NCBI GenBank assembly: GCA_017451295.1
Contig: JAFSPW010000049.1
Coordinates: forward strand, 1-63,566
Source: Clostridia bacterium
Lineage (GTDB): Bacteria; Bacillota; Clostridia; Christensenellales; CAG-138
DNA: 63,566 nt
Reading direction: 5' to 3'
The notes below the pieces were generated by a model, which was not told where the DNA came from, ran no database searches, and saw only the letters and a list, made by a program, of their open reading frames with translations. Positions 27,405-38,178 of this stretch are shown piece by piece. Position 1 is the stretch's first letter. The number at the start of each line of letters is the position of its first letter. The position numbers and the translations under genes are program-made.

Positions 27405-28952
27405 TTAGCCTTCGATCAGGCTCTTGCCCGTCATCTCTGCGGGCTGGGGCAGACCGATCATCTGCAGCAGCGTAGGGGAAAGGTCGCTGAGCCGGCCGCC
27501 CTGCTGGCGAAGCTTCACCGGGCGATTCTGGGCATCCACATACACTACCGGCACCGGGTTGGTGGTGTGGGCGGTGAAGGGAGCATTCTGCTCATAGTCC
27601 CACATATATTCGCAGTTGCCGTGGTCAGCGGTGATAAGGCAGCTGCCGCCGGTCTTCAAGATGGCGTTGACCACCTTATCGAGGCACTCGTCCACCGCGT
27701 GGATGGCCTTGACGGCTGCTTCCATGACGCCCGTGTGTCCGACCATATCGGGGTTGGCGAAGTTGAGAATCATCATGTCATACTCGCCGCTGAGGATGCG
27801 CTTTTCTGCTTCCTCTGCCACAAGATATGCACTCATCTGAGGCTGCATGTCATAGGTGGGCACCTTGGGAGAAGGAATCAGGCAGCGATCCTCCAAGGGG
27901 TTGGGGGCTTCCACGCCGCCGTTGAAGAAGAAGGTCACATGGGCATACTTCTCCGTTTCGGCGATGCGCAGCTGCTTCTTGCCGTTGGCTGCCAGATACT
28001 GGCCCAGGGTGTTCTGCAGGGTCTGGGGCTTGAAGGCCACGGACAGCTTATCCTCGAAGGTCTTATCATACTGGGTCATGGACACATAGGTAAGGGGGAA
28101 GTACCCATACCGGCGCTCAAAGCCCCTGAAGTCCTCGAAGATATAGGCCCGGGTAATCTCCCTGGCCCTATCCGGCCGGAAGTTAAAGAAGATGACGCTG
28201 TCGTTCGGCTTGACGGTGGCCACCGGCTGACCGTTTTCGGTGATGACGGTGGGCTTGACAAACTCGTCGGAGTCTCCCCTGTCGTAGCTCATCTGCATGG
28301 CATCGTGGCCCGTGGGGGCGGTGAAGCCCTCCCCATAGGTCAAAGCCGCATAAGCCTGCTCCACCCGCTCGAAGCGGTTGTCCCGGTCCATGACATAGTA
28401 TCTGCCGATGACGGTGGCAATCTTGCCTACGCCAATCTCCTCCAGCTTCTTTTCTAAAGCCTCCAGATACCCTTTGCCGCTGCGGGGCGGGGTGTCACGG
28501 CCGTCCATGAAGCAATGGATATACACCTTCTCAAGGCCCTGGCGCTTGGCAAGTTCAATGAGGGCATACAGGTGGCCCAGGGTGCTGTGAACGCCGCCGT
28601 CGGAGCAAAGGCCGAACAGGTGCAAAGCAGAGTCGTTGGCCTTGCAGTTGTCCACCGCCTTCAGGAAGGCAGGGTTCTCAAAGAAGTCGCCGTCCTCGAT
28701 GGACTTGGTGATTCTGGTCAGCTCCTGATACACGATGCGCCCGGCGCCGATGTTCAGGTGACCCACCTCGCTGTTGCCCATCTGCCCGTCCGGAAGACCC
28801 ACATCGAGGCCGCTGGCGCCGATGAGAGTATGGGGGCGGTTGTTCCACAGGTTCATGAAGTGGACGGCGCCATCGGTGAGGATGGCGTTATAGTCTTTTT
28901 CCTCCCGATAGCCGAAGCCGTCAAGGATAATCAATGCAGTAATGGGTTTCAT
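27405..28952 (-). CDS. gpmI: 2,3-bisphosphoglycerate-independent phosphoglycerate mutase
   Basis: ILDGFG, GQMGNSEVGH, SDGGVHS, AETEKYAHVTFF, DMVGHTG, TADHGN. Confidence 0.97.
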   Translation of the reverse strand: MKPITALIILDGFGYREEKDYNAILTDGAVHFMNLWNNRPHTLIGASGLDVGLPDGQMGNSEVGHLNIGAGRIVYQELTRITKSIEDGDFFENPAFLKAVDNCKANDSALHLFGLCSDGGVHSTLGHLYALIELAKRQGLEKVYIHCFMDGRDTPPRSGKGYLEALEKKLEEIGVGKIATVIGRYYVMDRDNRFERVEQAYAALTYGEGFTAPTGHDAMQMSYDRGDSDEFVKPTVITENGQPVATVKPNDSVIFFNFRPDRAREITRAYIFEDFRGFERRYGYFPLTYVSMTQYDKTFEDKLSVAFKPQTLQNTLGQYLAANGKKQLRIAETEKYAHVTFFFNGGVEAPNPLEDRCLIPSPKVPTYDMQPQMSAYLVAEEAEKRILSGEYDMMILNFANPDMVGHTGVMEAAVKAIHAVDECLDKVVNAILKTGGSCLITADHGNCEYMWDYEQNAPFTAHTTNPVPVVYVDAQNRPVKLRQQGGRLSDLSPTLLQMIGLPQPAEMTGKSLIEG

Positions 28953-29707
28953 CAGTAGTTGACCACCTGTGCAAAGTCGTTTGCCTTCAGGGAAGCGCCG
29001 CCGATGAGGCCGCCGTCAATCTCCGGCATGCTCATAAGCTCGGCAGCGTTGCTGGGCTTCATGGAGCCGCCGTACTGGATGCGGACCTGCTGGGCCACGG
29101 CTGCGCCATAGATATCGTCGATGGTCTTGCGAATCACGGCGATGGTGGCGTTGGCATCCTCTTTGGTGGCCGTCTTGCCGGTGCCGATGGCCCAGATGGG
29201 CTCATAGGCGATGACCACCTTGACGGCATCTTCGGGGGCAATGCCCATGAAGGCGGCCCGAGTCTGGCCGCTGACGAAGTCCTCGGTCACGCCGGCTTCC
29301 CGCTGCTCCAGGGTCTCACCCACGCAGATGATGGGGGTGATGCCGTGGGCCAGGGCGGCCTTAGCGCGCTTGTTGACGCCCTCGTCGGTTTCGCCAAAGT
29401 AGGCGCGCCGCTCGCTGTGGCCGATGATGGCGTACTCCACGCCCAGGGCCAGCAGCATGTTGGGGGCGATTTCGCCGGTGTAGGCGCCGTTCTCCTCCCA
29501 GTGGATGTTCTGGCAGCCCAGGTGGATGTTGGTGCCTTCAATCAGCTTATGAACGGGGCACAGGTCCACGAAGGGAGGGCAGATGACCACGTCGCAGGCG
29601 GCATCCTTCACGAGGGGAATCAGCTCCGTCACCAGAGCCTTGGCCTCCTCGGGGGTCTTATTCATCTTCCAGTTTCCGGCAATAATGGGTTTTCTCATGG
29701 TTTTCAT
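28952..29707 (-). CDS. tpiA: Triosephosphate isomerase
   Basis: [37 protein letters not shown]. Confidence 0.97.
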   Translation of the reverse strand: MKTMRKPIIAGNWKMNKTPEEAKALVTELIPLVKDAACDVVICPPFVDLCPVHKLIEGTNIHLGCQNIHWEENGAYTGEIAPNMLLALGVEYAIIGHSERRAYFGETDEGVNKRAKAALAHGITPIICVGETLEQREAGVTEDFVSGQTRAAFMGIAPEDAVKVVIAYEPIWAIGTGKTATKEDANATIAVIRKTIDDIYGAAVAQQVRIQYGGSMKPSNAAELMSMPEIDGGLIGGASLKANDFAQVVNY

Positions 29708-29711
29708 CTCC

Positions 29712-30899
29712 TTATTTATCGTTCAGAACAGCCACACCGGGCAGGACCTTGCCCTCCAGGAACTCCAAAGAAGCGCCGCCGCCGGTGGAGATGTGGGTCA
29801 TCTTCTTGGCATAGCCCAGCTTCTTCACGGCGGAAGCGGAATCGCCGCCGCCGATGATGGTGGTGCCTTCGCAGCGGGCGCAGGCTTCCGCCACGGCAGA
29901 GGTGCCCTTAGCAAACTCGGGGAACTCGAACACGCCCATGGGGCCGTTCCAAATCACGGTCTTGGCGCCGATGATTTCCTGAGCAAAGAGCTCCCGGGTC
30001 TTTTCGCCGATGTCCATGCCCATCCAGCCGGCGGGAATCTCGTTGGAGGGAACGGTCTTGTGCTCTGCATCGGCGGCAAACTCCGTCGCCACCACGGTGT
30101 CCACGGGCAGCAGGAGCTTCACGCCCTTCTGCTTGGCCTCTTCGAGCAGCTCCCGAGCTAAATCCAGGCTGTTGCCGTCCAGCAAAGAGGTGCCGATTTC
30201 ATAGCCCTGGGCCTTGAAGAAGGTATAGGCCATACCGCCGCCGATGAGCAGGGTGTCGCACTTATCGAGCAGGTTCTTGATGACGCCAATCTTATCGGAG
30301 ACCTTGGCGCCGCCCAGAATGGCCACAAAGGGGCGCTGAGGGTTCTCCAGGGCTTCGCCCATGATGCCCAGCTCCTTGCCGATGAGGAAGCCGGCCACGG
30401 CGGGCAGATACTCGGCAACGCCGGCGGTGGAGGCGTGGGCACGGTGCACGGTGCCGAAGGCATCGGACACGAAGATGTCCGCGAGGTCAGCCAGCTTCTT
30501 GGCAAACTCGGGGTCGTTGGCCTCCTCTTCCTTCTGGAAGCGGGTGTTCTCGAGGAGCACAATCTCCCCATCCTTCATTTCGGCCACGCACTTTTGGGCA
30601 CTCTCGCCAACGGTGTCGGAAGCAAACTCTACCGGCACGCCGGGAAGCAGCTCGGAAAGCCGCTCTGCCACGGGGGCCAGGGTGTACTTCATGTCCACCT
30701 TGCCCTTGGGACGGCCCAGATGGGAGCAGAGGATGACCTTTGCGCCCTGATTGAGCAGATACTGAATGGTGGGCAGGGCGGCCACGATTCGCTTGTCATC
30801 GGCCACCTTCATGTCCTCGGTGAGAGGCACATTGAAGTCTACCCGGCAAAGCACGCGCTTGCCCTTTACCTGAATGTCTTCAACTGTTTTCTTTGCCAT
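29712..30899 (-). CDS. pgk: Phosphoglycerate kinase
   Basis: [42 protein letters not shown]. Confidence 0.97.
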   Translation of the reverse strand: MAKKTVEDIQVKGKRVLCRVDFNVPLTEDMKVADDKRIVAALPTIQYLLNQGAKVILCSHLGRPKGKVDMKYTLAPVAERLSELLPGVPVEFASDTVGESAQKCVAEMKDGEIVLLENTRFQKEEEANDPEFAKKLADLADIFVSDAFGTVHRAHASTAGVAEYLPAVAGFLIGKELGIMGEALENPQRPFVAILGGAKVSDKIGVIKNLLDKCDTLLIGGGMAYTFFKAQGYEIGTSLLDGNSLDLARELLEEAKQKGVKLLLPVDTVVATEFAADAEHKTVPSNEIPAGWMGMDIGEKTRELFAQEIIGAKTVIWNGPMGVFEFPEFAKGTSAVAEACARCEGTTIIGGGDSASAVKKLGYAKKMTHISTGGGASLEFLEGKVLPGVAVLNDK

Positions 30900-30953
30900 T
30901 GTTGTTTCCTCCTACGATTGGATTATTTGGTATATATGCAGGGCGACGATTCG

Positions 30954-31805
30954 TCACTCCATATCCCCTAAAGCTGGGTTACCGATGGCGTTGACGGTTT
31001 CAATCAACTCCTCCGTGTCCATGGTGCCCAAGTCCTCTTTCACAATGTCGGACACCCGCACCACGCCCCCGTCCTCCGGGGCGAATTTGGGCGGCACCGG
31101 TGCAGCCGTCGGCGCCGGTTCCGGCTTCTCCCCGGCGGGCTTTTTCTCCGGCTCCGGCGGGGTGCTGGTTCTATCCGGCACCTGCTCCTTGAGCACGCTG
31201 CGCTGCTCGATGGTGTAGATGTTTCGCATGAGCTGGCCCGGGTCCCCCGCAGGGTCCGGCAAAGGCTCCTCCACCGGGGCGCTTTGCAGGCAGGTATTCA
31301 GATGCGGCACCTCCGAAAAAAGGTCGGGCAGGGCGGTATTGAGCCTCGCATAGTACTCCGACAGCTTCTTCACATGCTCCTGAGCCTGCTGGGCCTGGGC
31401 CTTCATGGTCTCGTTAAACTGATTCAGCAGCTCCACATAGGCGCTGATGGCCTGGTCCGTATCCTGAATCTTCTTTTGGCTGGTCTGCTCCGCATCCTTC
31501 ACGATGTCCCGGGCGTTCTCATAGGCGGTCTGCACCAGCTCCTCCCCCTGTTTCTGGGAGGCCATATACTCCCGCTGGGCGGCATCATGGATGTCGTCGG
31601 ACTCCTTTTGGGCATCGTCGATAATCCTGGAGGCGGTTTGGGCCGCATCCGTGATGGCCCGGGAGATGGAATGCTCCCGCTGCTGATACTCCTCCAACTG
31701 GGCGGTAAGCTTTTGGATGGTGGTCTGCTGCTGCTCCATCTGTTCCGTCAGCGTTTCCACCTGAAAGGTCAGATCCAGAATCTGTTTCTTTTTGCGAAAG
31801 AACAT
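30954..31805 (-). CDS. Coiled-coil protein (DivIVA-like central region)
   Basis: Long heptad-rich EQ helix (AITDAAQTASRIIDDAQKE) and a Pro-rich tail; coupled to ruvB. Confidence 0.6.
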   Translation of the reverse strand: MFFRKKKQILDLTFQVETLTEQMEQQQTTIQKLTAQLEEYQQREHSISRAITDAAQTASRIIDDAQKESDDIHDAAQREYMASQKQGEELVQTAYENARDIVKDAEQTSQKKIQDTDQAISAYVELLNQFNETMKAQAQQAQEHVKKLSEYYARLNTALPDLFSEVPHLNTCLQSAPVEEPLPDPAGDPGQLMRNIYTIEQRSVLKEQVPDRTSTPPEPEKKPAGEKPEPAPTAAPVPPKFAPEDGGVVRVSDIVKEDLGTMDTEELIETVNAIGNPALGDME

Positions 31806-31806
31806 G

Positions 31807-32841
31807 CTATACCTCCAATTTCATCTGCTGAGGGGGCGTTTGGGGCACCGGGTAATCCAGATGCACATACGCATCCGGCAGCACGATGCGCCCCCGATTG
31901 GTCCTGGCAAGGAAGCCGAGCTTCAATAGATACGGCTCATACACATCCTCGATGGTGCCCGCATCCTCGCCGGTATAGGCCGCAATGGTGTCCAGGCCCA
32001 CCGGTCCGCCTTTGAAAATGGTAATCATGGCGGTAAGCATCCGCCTGTCCACCGCATCGAGGCCCAACTCGTCAATGGCCAGCATGTCAAGGCCTCTCCT
32101 CGCAATATCCAAATCGATTCGTCCCGTGCCCTTCACCTGTGCATAGTCCCGCACCCGCCGCAGCAGGCGGTTGGCAATGCGGGGCGTACCCCGGGACCGG
32201 GAGGCAATCTCCAATGCCCCCTCCTCCTCCATCTCGATGGAAAGGATGTCGGCGCTGCGAACGATAATCTCCTTTAGCTGCTCCGGGGCATAGAGCTGCA
32301 GCTGCTCCTTGATGCCGAACCTGTCGCGCAGAGGGGAACTGAGCATGCCCAAGCGGGTGGTGGCGCCGATAAGGGTGAAGCGAGGCAAATCGAGGCGAAT
32401 GCTCCTGGCTCCCGGCCCCTTGCCGATGACGATATCCAGGGCATAGTCCTCCATGGCCGGATACAAGACCTCCTCCACCGCCGGGTTGAGACGATGGATT
32501 TCGTCGATAAACAGCACATCCCCGGGGGCAAGGTTGGTGAGAATGGCCGCCAAATCCCCCGCATGGCTGATGGCGGGGCCGCTGGTGACCCTTAGGTTCA
32601 CCCCCATCTCGTTGGCAATGATGCCCGCCAGGGTGGTTTTGCCCAAGCCCGGAGGTCCATACAGCAGGGCGTGATCCAAGGACTCTCCCCTGGCCTTGGC
32701 GGCGGCAATGTAGATGGAGATATGCTCCTTCACCTGGCTTTGCCCAATGTACTCGGCCAGGAATCGGGGGCGAAGGCTGTATTCATTTGCCGCATCCTCC
32801 TCCCGCATGGAGGAGGTGATGATTCTATCGTCCTCTTTCAT
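31807..32841 (-). CDS. ruvB: Holliday junction branch migration helicase RuvB
   Basis: [41 protein letters not shown]. Confidence 0.97.
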   Translation of the reverse strand: MKEDDRIITSSMREEDAANEYSLRPRFLAEYIGQSQVKEHISIYIAAAKARGESLDHALLYGPPGLGKTTLAGIIANEMGVNLRVTSGPAISHAGDLAAILTNLAPGDVLFIDEIHRLNPAVEEVLYPAMEDYALDIVIGKGPGARSIRLDLPRFTLIGATTRLGMLSSPLRDRFGIKEQLQLYAPEQLKEIIVRSADILSIEMEEEGALEIASRSRGTPRIANRLLRRVRDYAQVKGTGRIDLDIARRGLDMLAIDELGLDAVDRRMLTAMITIFKGGPVGLDTIAAYTGEDAGTIEDVYEPYLLKLGFLARTNRGRIVLPDAYVHLDYPVPQTPPQQMKLEV

Positions 32842-32853
32842 TCTCTGTTCCCT

Positions 32854-33441
32854 TTATCTTGCGAGGCGACGCAGGGCCTTGGTAATCAGCTCCTGCACGT
32901 CCCGGGCTTCCTCCACGGCGGACACCGCCCGAGAAGCCGTCAGCCCGTCGTACCCTAAGGCCGCCAGGGCCTGGACCGCCTCCACCCGAATATCCTCCGC
33001 CACGGGCAGAGCGCTGTTCTTTTGGGCAGCGGGCAAAGGTGCATCCTTCACCTGCTCCTTCAGCTCCAGAATGACCCGCTGGGCCGTCTTTCGGCCCATG
33101 CCACAGACCTGATCAAAGGCGGCGGCGTTCTCCGTAATCACGGCGGCCACCACGTCAGAAGGATCCATGACCGAAAGCACGCTCAAAGCGAGCTTTGGCC
33201 CGATGCGGCTGATGCTGATGAGGCGGCGGAACATATCCCGCTCCTCGGTGGAATAAAACCCGTACAGGGCCTGCACCCCTTCGGCAAGGTGCAGATGGGC
33301 AAAGAGCTTTGCTTCCTCCCCCATGACCAGCCGGTCCAGGGCTTTCTTGGACACGAACAGCTCGTATCCCACGCCGCCGGCTTCCAGCACCGCCCTGTCG
33401 GGCGCCGTTTCCGCCACGATGCCCCGAATATATGCGTACAT
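32854..33441 (-). CDS. ruvA: Holliday junction DNA-binding protein RuvA
   Basis: MYAYIRG, GGVGYE, LYGF, IGPKLAL HhH motifs, ALAALGY. Confidence 0.95.
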   Translation of the reverse strand: MYAYIRGIVAETAPDRAVLEAGGVGYELFVSKKALDRLVMGEEAKLFAHLHLAEGVQALYGFYSTEERDMFRRLISISRIGPKLALSVLSVMDPSDVVAAVITENAAAFDQVCGMGRKTAQRVILELKEQVKDAPLPAAQKNSALPVAEDIRVEAVQALAALGYDGLTASRAVSAVEEARDVQELITKALRRLAR

Positions 33442-33452
33442 ACCCCTGCTCC

Positions 33453-33950
33453 TTACTTGATTCGAAATTCTTCCCTTGCCACCAGCGCCGTGGAGCTGTG
33501 GCACAGGGCGGCGGCCAAGGCATCGGCCGCATCATCGGGCTTAGGGATGGCGTTCAGATTCAGCAGGAGCTTGACCATGTGCTGGACCTGGGACTTATCC
33601 GCATGACCGTTGGCCGTGACGGAGAGCTTAATCTGCATGGGCGTATACTCATACAGCGGCAAGCCCTTCTGCTGGGCGGCCAGAATGGCCACGCCCCGAC
33701 CGGCGCCCACGGAGATGGCGGTGGTGATGTTGTGATAGAAGAACAGTTCCTCAAACACCGCACAGTCGGGCCGATACATCTCCACCAGCTGGCTCACGCC
33801 GTCATACAGGCGTTGGAGCCTTTGGGGAAAGGGATTGCCGGCCTTTGTTTCCACCACGCCATAATCCACGGCCTTCAGGCTGTGACCGTCGGTATCGATG
33901 ACCCCATACCCTAAAAGAGCGTATCCCGGGTCAATTCCCAATATCCGCAT
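33453..33950 (-). CDS. ruvC: Holliday junction resolvase RuvC
   Basis: MRILGIDPG, EELFF, EYTPMQIK, PDDAADALA. Confidence 0.96.
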   Translation of the reverse strand: MRILGIDPGYALLGYGVIDTDGHSLKAVDYGVVETKAGNPFPQRLQRLYDGVSQLVEMYRPDCAVFEELFFYHNITTAISVGAGRGVAILAAQQKGLPLYEYTPMQIKLSVTANGHADKSQVQHMVKLLLNLNAIPKPDDAADALAAALCHSSTALVAREEFRIK

Positions 33951-34022
33951 AGCCACCTCCCCTTGTAACCAGCATACAGTATACCATGTAATTTCTCGGC
34001 AAACAAGATAGAAATGTGTCAA

Positions 34023-34355
34023 TTATACTGTAAACCATGTCTGCATGCACTTGAGCAGAGAAAAAGCCGGGGCTAAGAGCATGCCCCGGTAGATGGCGTG
34101 GATGGGAGTTCGATAGATGTGCAGGGTTTTCTCTGTGGCATACACCAGTATCACCCGCATGGCAAGCAGCGGCGCCGCACTGATAAGGCACACCAGCGCC
34201 GGGTGCAGGGCAAAAAAGCGCAGCATGAAGCGCCTGAGCAGCAGCAATTCAAAGCCGCCCAGAAAGGCCATGGCCCAATGGCTTTTCTCCAGCCAAAAGA
34301 CTTCGCTTAAGACATACAAAAGCCCGCCCACGAGAAATACCGTCAATTCGTCCAT
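34023..34355 (-). CDS. Small hypothetical membrane protein
   Basis: MDELTVFLVGGLLYVLSEVFW..SHWAMAFLGG; hydrophobic throughout. Confidence 0.6.
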   Translation of the reverse strand: MDELTVFLVGGLLYVLSEVFWLEKSHWAMAFLGGFELLLLRRFMLRFFALHPALVCLISAAPLLAMRVILVYATEKTLHIYRTPIHAIYRGMLLAPAFSLLKCMQTWFTV

Positions 34356-34398
34356 GGGCTCAGTATGCCCCAAAAGGGGAATTCCTTGCAGCCGCCGC

Positions 34399-35889
34399 TT
34401 ATTCCGTGGGCAAGGGATGGCTGTTGGCGCTTTTTGGGGTGGGCATGCCGAAGAAGACCGCTTTGCCGTCCTCGTCCCTGCCCTGAGAGATATTTTGGGG
34501 CGCCTTAAGCAGCAAAAGGGAATCATAGCGGCGGGTGCGGCTATTATAAAGAGTCATGGTCTCCCCGGCTTTGAGGGAGAAGGAGGCGTGCCATTCCCCC
34601 TCCGATCTATCCTTGCCCGAGAGGAACACCAGCACATATGCCCCGGGCTCCACCGTAAGGGAGGGCAAGGCCCACTTTTCCAAGTCCTCCACACAATCGC
34701 TTAGATAGTATCCCCTGGTGTCCACCGGCGCCGTGCCCTGGTTATACAGCTCCACAAAATCCGGACGGTCCCCGTCCTGGTCCATGATGCTGTATCGGTT
34801 GTCAATCAACACTTCATTGATGACCAACGCCTGGGTGCCGTCATCTGGCTGAGGTTCCAGCGATGAAGTCATATCCCCGTCCACGGGAGCCATGCCGGGG
34901 GTGGGCAGCAGGCAGTAGGTCCAAACGCCCTGACTGTCCACGGCGTAGGAAACATCCTTGGGCAGGGCCGGAATCGTCAGCGTAAAGAGGGGTTCCTGCC
35001 GGCTGTCCGTCAGTATTAGCTCCTCCCCCTGGCTGGAAAGGCCCAGGTCCAAGCGCACATGCCCCGGGGCGGTGCATGCCCCCTCGCCGCAGCAAAGAAT
35101 CAACCGTTCCCCCGGCTGCAGGTCCCTATCCGGCAGGGGGATATACGCCTTTTGGCTGTCCCCCAGGCAGAAACGGCTAAGCTCGATGGGTTCGTTTCCC
35201 GGGTTATATAGCTCCACCCAATCGGAATGGGCGGGACAGCCCTCAGCAATAAGGCTTTCTTCATTCCCCGTGACCACCTCGCAGACAAGCGGCATATTGC
35301 CGGTGCCGTCAAAGGCGGTGTCGTTGCTCAGTTTATCCAGATAGGAGATGGCAGGGCGCTCCGCCGCAATGGAGCCGTTCTCCGCCTTGGGCGTGGGCAG
35401 CTCGCAATAGCCATAGGTGCCGTCGTCCCGGCGGGCATAGGAAACATCGCCGATCAGCTCCGGCACCGTCAGGGAGGACAGGGTCTGCATGTGGGTGTCC
35501 AAAAGATACAGGGTCTCTCCACTCTTTTTCAGGTGAAAGCCGAGACACCCCTCCTGCTGGGTGTCGTTGGCGAGCAACAGCAGCAGTTCCCCGGGGGCAA
35601 GAGTCACCTCCGGCAGGGGGCTGGCCTTCTTGGCATCCTGCTCATCATCGGAAAGATAGAGTCCCCCCAGGTGGATTTCCTGCTGGGACACGTTTTTCAG
35701 CTCCACCCAGTCGGGGCTGCCCAGCACCGGGTCCCGGTAGCTTTGCCGGTTGCTGGTGACCACTTCGTTTATCACCAGCGCTTCCCCTATGGATAGGGAG
35801 GGCTTTGCCTGCTGACAGGCAGCAAGCGGCAAAACGGCTGCCAGGGCAAGGCTGCCGCTGATTAATCTATTCCAAAAAGGTCTTGCCAT
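34399..35889 (-). CDS. Lipoprotein with three lamin-tail domains
   Basis: LAAC lipobox; three repeats of LVINEV...DWVEL.N...YLSD...PTP. Confidence 0.8.
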   Translation of the reverse strand: MARPFWNRLISGSLALAAVLPLAACQQAKPSLSIGEALVINEVVTSNRQSYRDPVLGSPDWVELKNVSQQEIHLGGLYLSDDEQDAKKASPLPEVTLAPGELLLLLANDTQQEGCLGFHLKKSGETLYLLDTHMQTLSSLTVPELIGDVSYARRDDGTYGYCELPTPKAENGSIAAERPAISYLDKLSNDTAFDGTGNMPLVCEVVTGNEESLIAEGCPAHSDWVELYNPGNEPIELSRFCLGDSQKAYIPLPDRDLQPGERLILCCGEGACTAPGHVRLDLGLSSQGEELILTDSRQEPLFTLTIPALPKDVSYAVDSQGVWTYCLLPTPGMAPVDGDMTSSLEPQPDDGTQALVINEVLIDNRYSIMDQDGDRPDFVELYNQGTAPVDTRGYYLSDCVEDLEKWALPSLTVEPGAYVLVFLSGKDRSEGEWHASFSLKAGETMTLYNSRTRRYDSLLLLKAPQNISQGRDEDGKAVFFGMPTPKSANSHPLPTE

Positions 35890-36542
35890 ATGTCCTCCTG
35901 CGTGTGTCCTTGAGACAGTTCCCGGTGGACAGCCGCCACCCCTTCTTCCCCCATGAGGGCCAACAGCTCTCGGGCGCTACATTCCCGTTCTTCATCTAAA
36001 ATGCCCAATTCTTTGCCCTTGCCCGGCAGCATCTGCTCACAAAAGGCAGCCGACAGGGCTTCATCCGCCGCCTCTGAAAGGGTCACGCCCCCGGCGTCAC
36101 AGGCATACCAGGCACACACATGCTGGTATTCATGGCAAAGGGTGTAGGCCATGGCCTCCGGTCGCAGGGCGCTTAGGATGATTTGGGGCTCTCCCTCCGG
36201 CGGCAGGGGCGTATACCCAAAGGTTTTAGAGGGCAGATAGGTGACCAGCAGCTGCAGCTTCTGCCCGGCTGCAGCCTCCATAAGGGGCAAAGCCGGCATC
36301 CATTCCTCCTCGAGCTGTGTTCCCAGTTCTCGGGCTACATCCTCATCCAGGGCATGGACAGCGGCCCATACCTTCACATGTTCCCCCTCCCATTGGGGAA
36401 AGAACATCTCCTCCCCCGGGGTCTTGCCAAACAGCACGGAAAAGGTCGTATACGCCGCCTCCTCCGTTTCCTCCTCTACGGAAGGAATGGGCGCACAGCC
36501 CAGCACCAGCAGCAGCGCCAGCAGCCAGATACTACGCCGCAT
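35862..36542 (-). CDS. Putative lipoprotein with HExxH metallopeptidase-like motif
   Basis: VLGC lipobox; CHEYQH followed by DEALS. Confidence 0.6.
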   Translation of the reverse strand: MRRSIWLLALLLVLGCAPIPSVEEETEEAAYTTFSVLFGKTPGEEMFFPQWEGEHVKVWAAVHALDEDVARELGTQLEEEWMPALPLMEAAAGQKLQLLVTYLPSKTFGYTPLPPEGEPQIILSALRPEAMAYTLCHEYQHVCAWYACDAGGVTLSEAADEALSAAFCEQMLPGKGKELGILDEERECSARELLALMGEEGVAAVHRELSQGHTQEDIWQDLFGID

Positions 36543-37419
36543 GGCTCAGATACAGCCCGTTCAGCGCCAGGCACACCCCCACCAGCAGGTTCACCCCGTT
36601 GGGTCCCTGGGCGGTGCGGGTGGCGGCGGCGGTCAAGCTGGTGTAGGGCACATCGGAGAATAAACAGCGAAGGAGGCTAAACACATCCTCCCCCACCAGT
36701 CCTTCCCCCGCTTGCAGCAAATGCACCGTGCCGCTGTCGTTGGTGTTGGCAACGGCGGCGGAAGCAGCGATTCTGGTCAGGTTCAATACGGAGGTATACT
36801 TTCGTCCCAAGGCATAGGATAAGCAGGAGAAGCAGGCCATATACCCGCAAAGCAGGGCGTCGCTGGCGGGAACGGCACCGCCGCCAAAGCCGGAACAGGC
36901 GCCTGCCGCCTGGGCCACGGCCTCCTCGCTCCAATCGAAGAAAGCAGCGCTTAAATCCTCCAGGGGCCGCCGCAGGTTGCTGAGCTCCGGCGCTAAATCC
37001 GGGGAAATCACCAGCAAGGACAGGTCCTCGCTGGAAGCGTGGCGCTCCAGAACCGGCAATAGATGCCGATACCGAATGGGCAGGTCGAGCGGAATAAACA
37101 AATTGACCATGCTCTCCAAAGCTAAATCCACATCCTCCGCCAGGGTCACATCCACGGTGAACTCCTTCTCGGGAATGCCGATGCCTTCCTTGTCCAGGAG
37201 CACGTCCATCCCCGCCTTGAGCCCCAGGGCCACGAAGGACTGCACGCCGCTGACCTTGCAGGAAAAGGGCAGCAGGGCGCCGCTGCGAAGGACGCAGACC
37301 AACCCAAAGGAAGCCTGTATATCCAGCCGGTCGCCAGACACATAGGCCACCCTGCCCGTATAGGCTCCCTCCCTTAGATAGGTGTGGAGCCGCTTACAAA
37401 TCTGTTGTGCCGTTTCCAT
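36532..37419 (-). CDS. DUF2877 (AllH-like) family protein, divergent
   Basis: GFGGGAVPASDALLCGY resembles the G.G.GLTPSGDD.L.G motif; C-terminal GVNLLVG. Confidence 0.5.
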   Translation of the reverse strand: METAQQICKRLHTYLREGAYTGRVAYVSGDRLDIQASFGLVCVLRSGALLPFSCKVSGVQSFVALGLKAGMDVLLDKEGIGIPEKEFTVDVTLAEDVDLALESMVNLFIPLDLPIRYRHLLPVLERHASSEDLSLLVISPDLAPELSNLRRPLEDLSAAFFDWSEEAVAQAAGACSGFGGGAVPASDALLCGYMACFSCLSYALGRKYTSVLNLTRIAASAAVANTNDSGTVHLLQAGEGLVGEDVFSLLRCLFSDVPYTSLTAAATRTAQGPNGVNLLVGVCLALNGLYLSHAA

Positions 37420-37515
37420 ATAATCCCTCTACTTTGCATCGCAAAAGATAGGCTAAGTTTAGCCTAAGGGAACCCTGACTGTAAATGATTTTTGGCTGAA
37501 TTTACGCTTTGTTCA

Positions 37516-38037
37516 TCAGACCGGATGGAAGGGCGACGTCTGGGCAATCTCCATGGTCAGCTGCTGCACGTCCACTTCCGACAGAATTTCGCTATAGATG
37601 CGGGTATCCCCCACCGGCAGTGTCAAATCCCCTTCGGCGGTGTGCAGACGCCCAAAGCCCACCATCTTCTCGTTCTCATCGTAGAAGTACACATAGGCTT
37701 CCCCCGTCAGCGTGGCGGAGAAGCCGTTGGTGCACACGCCATCCAGATACGTATACCCATCCAGCTCATAGACCCGTATGCGGGAGAAGGTGAGATAATA
37801 GGTGAAATAATGATTCTCTGCATCCAAAATGGGGATGCCGTTGCGATCCGTTTCCCAGCTCTCCCCCATCACCGGTTCAAAGGTGAGCTGCTCCGGTGCC
37901 TGGGTGGGCTCCGGGGTGGCATCTGATGCAGCGCTTGGCCGAGGGGACTCCGGGTCGGTATAGGAAAGCCAGGCATCCTGCCGCACGCAGCCCAGCAGCA
38001 GTAGCCACATGGCAACAACCAGCAGCTTTTTGCTCAC
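37516..38037 (-). CDS. Hypothetical lipoprotein
   Basis: GTG start after GGAGG; KKLLVVAMWLLLLGC lipobox and Pro/Thr linker. The longer upstream ORF extension is antisense shadow of arcC. Confidence 0.7.
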   Translation of the reverse strand: MSKKLLVVAMWLLLLGCVRQDAWLSYTDPESPRPSAASDATPEPTQAPEQLTFEPVMGESWETDRNGIPILDAENHYFTYYLTFSRIRVYELDGYTYLDGVCTNGFSATLTGEAYVYFYDENEKMVGFGRLHTAEGDLTLPVGDTRIYSEILSEVDVQQLTMEIAQTSPFHPV

Positions 38038-38178
38038 AGAAGATGCCTCCTTTCCCGTTTTATGAAAGCATAGCACAAAAACAGCCTCATAGCAAGCTTC
38101 CTCGTTGACAGGCGTTTTTTTCTGCTCTATACTGATTTTAAGGTAAGCACAAAAACTTTTTTGCAGGGGGTATGAAGT

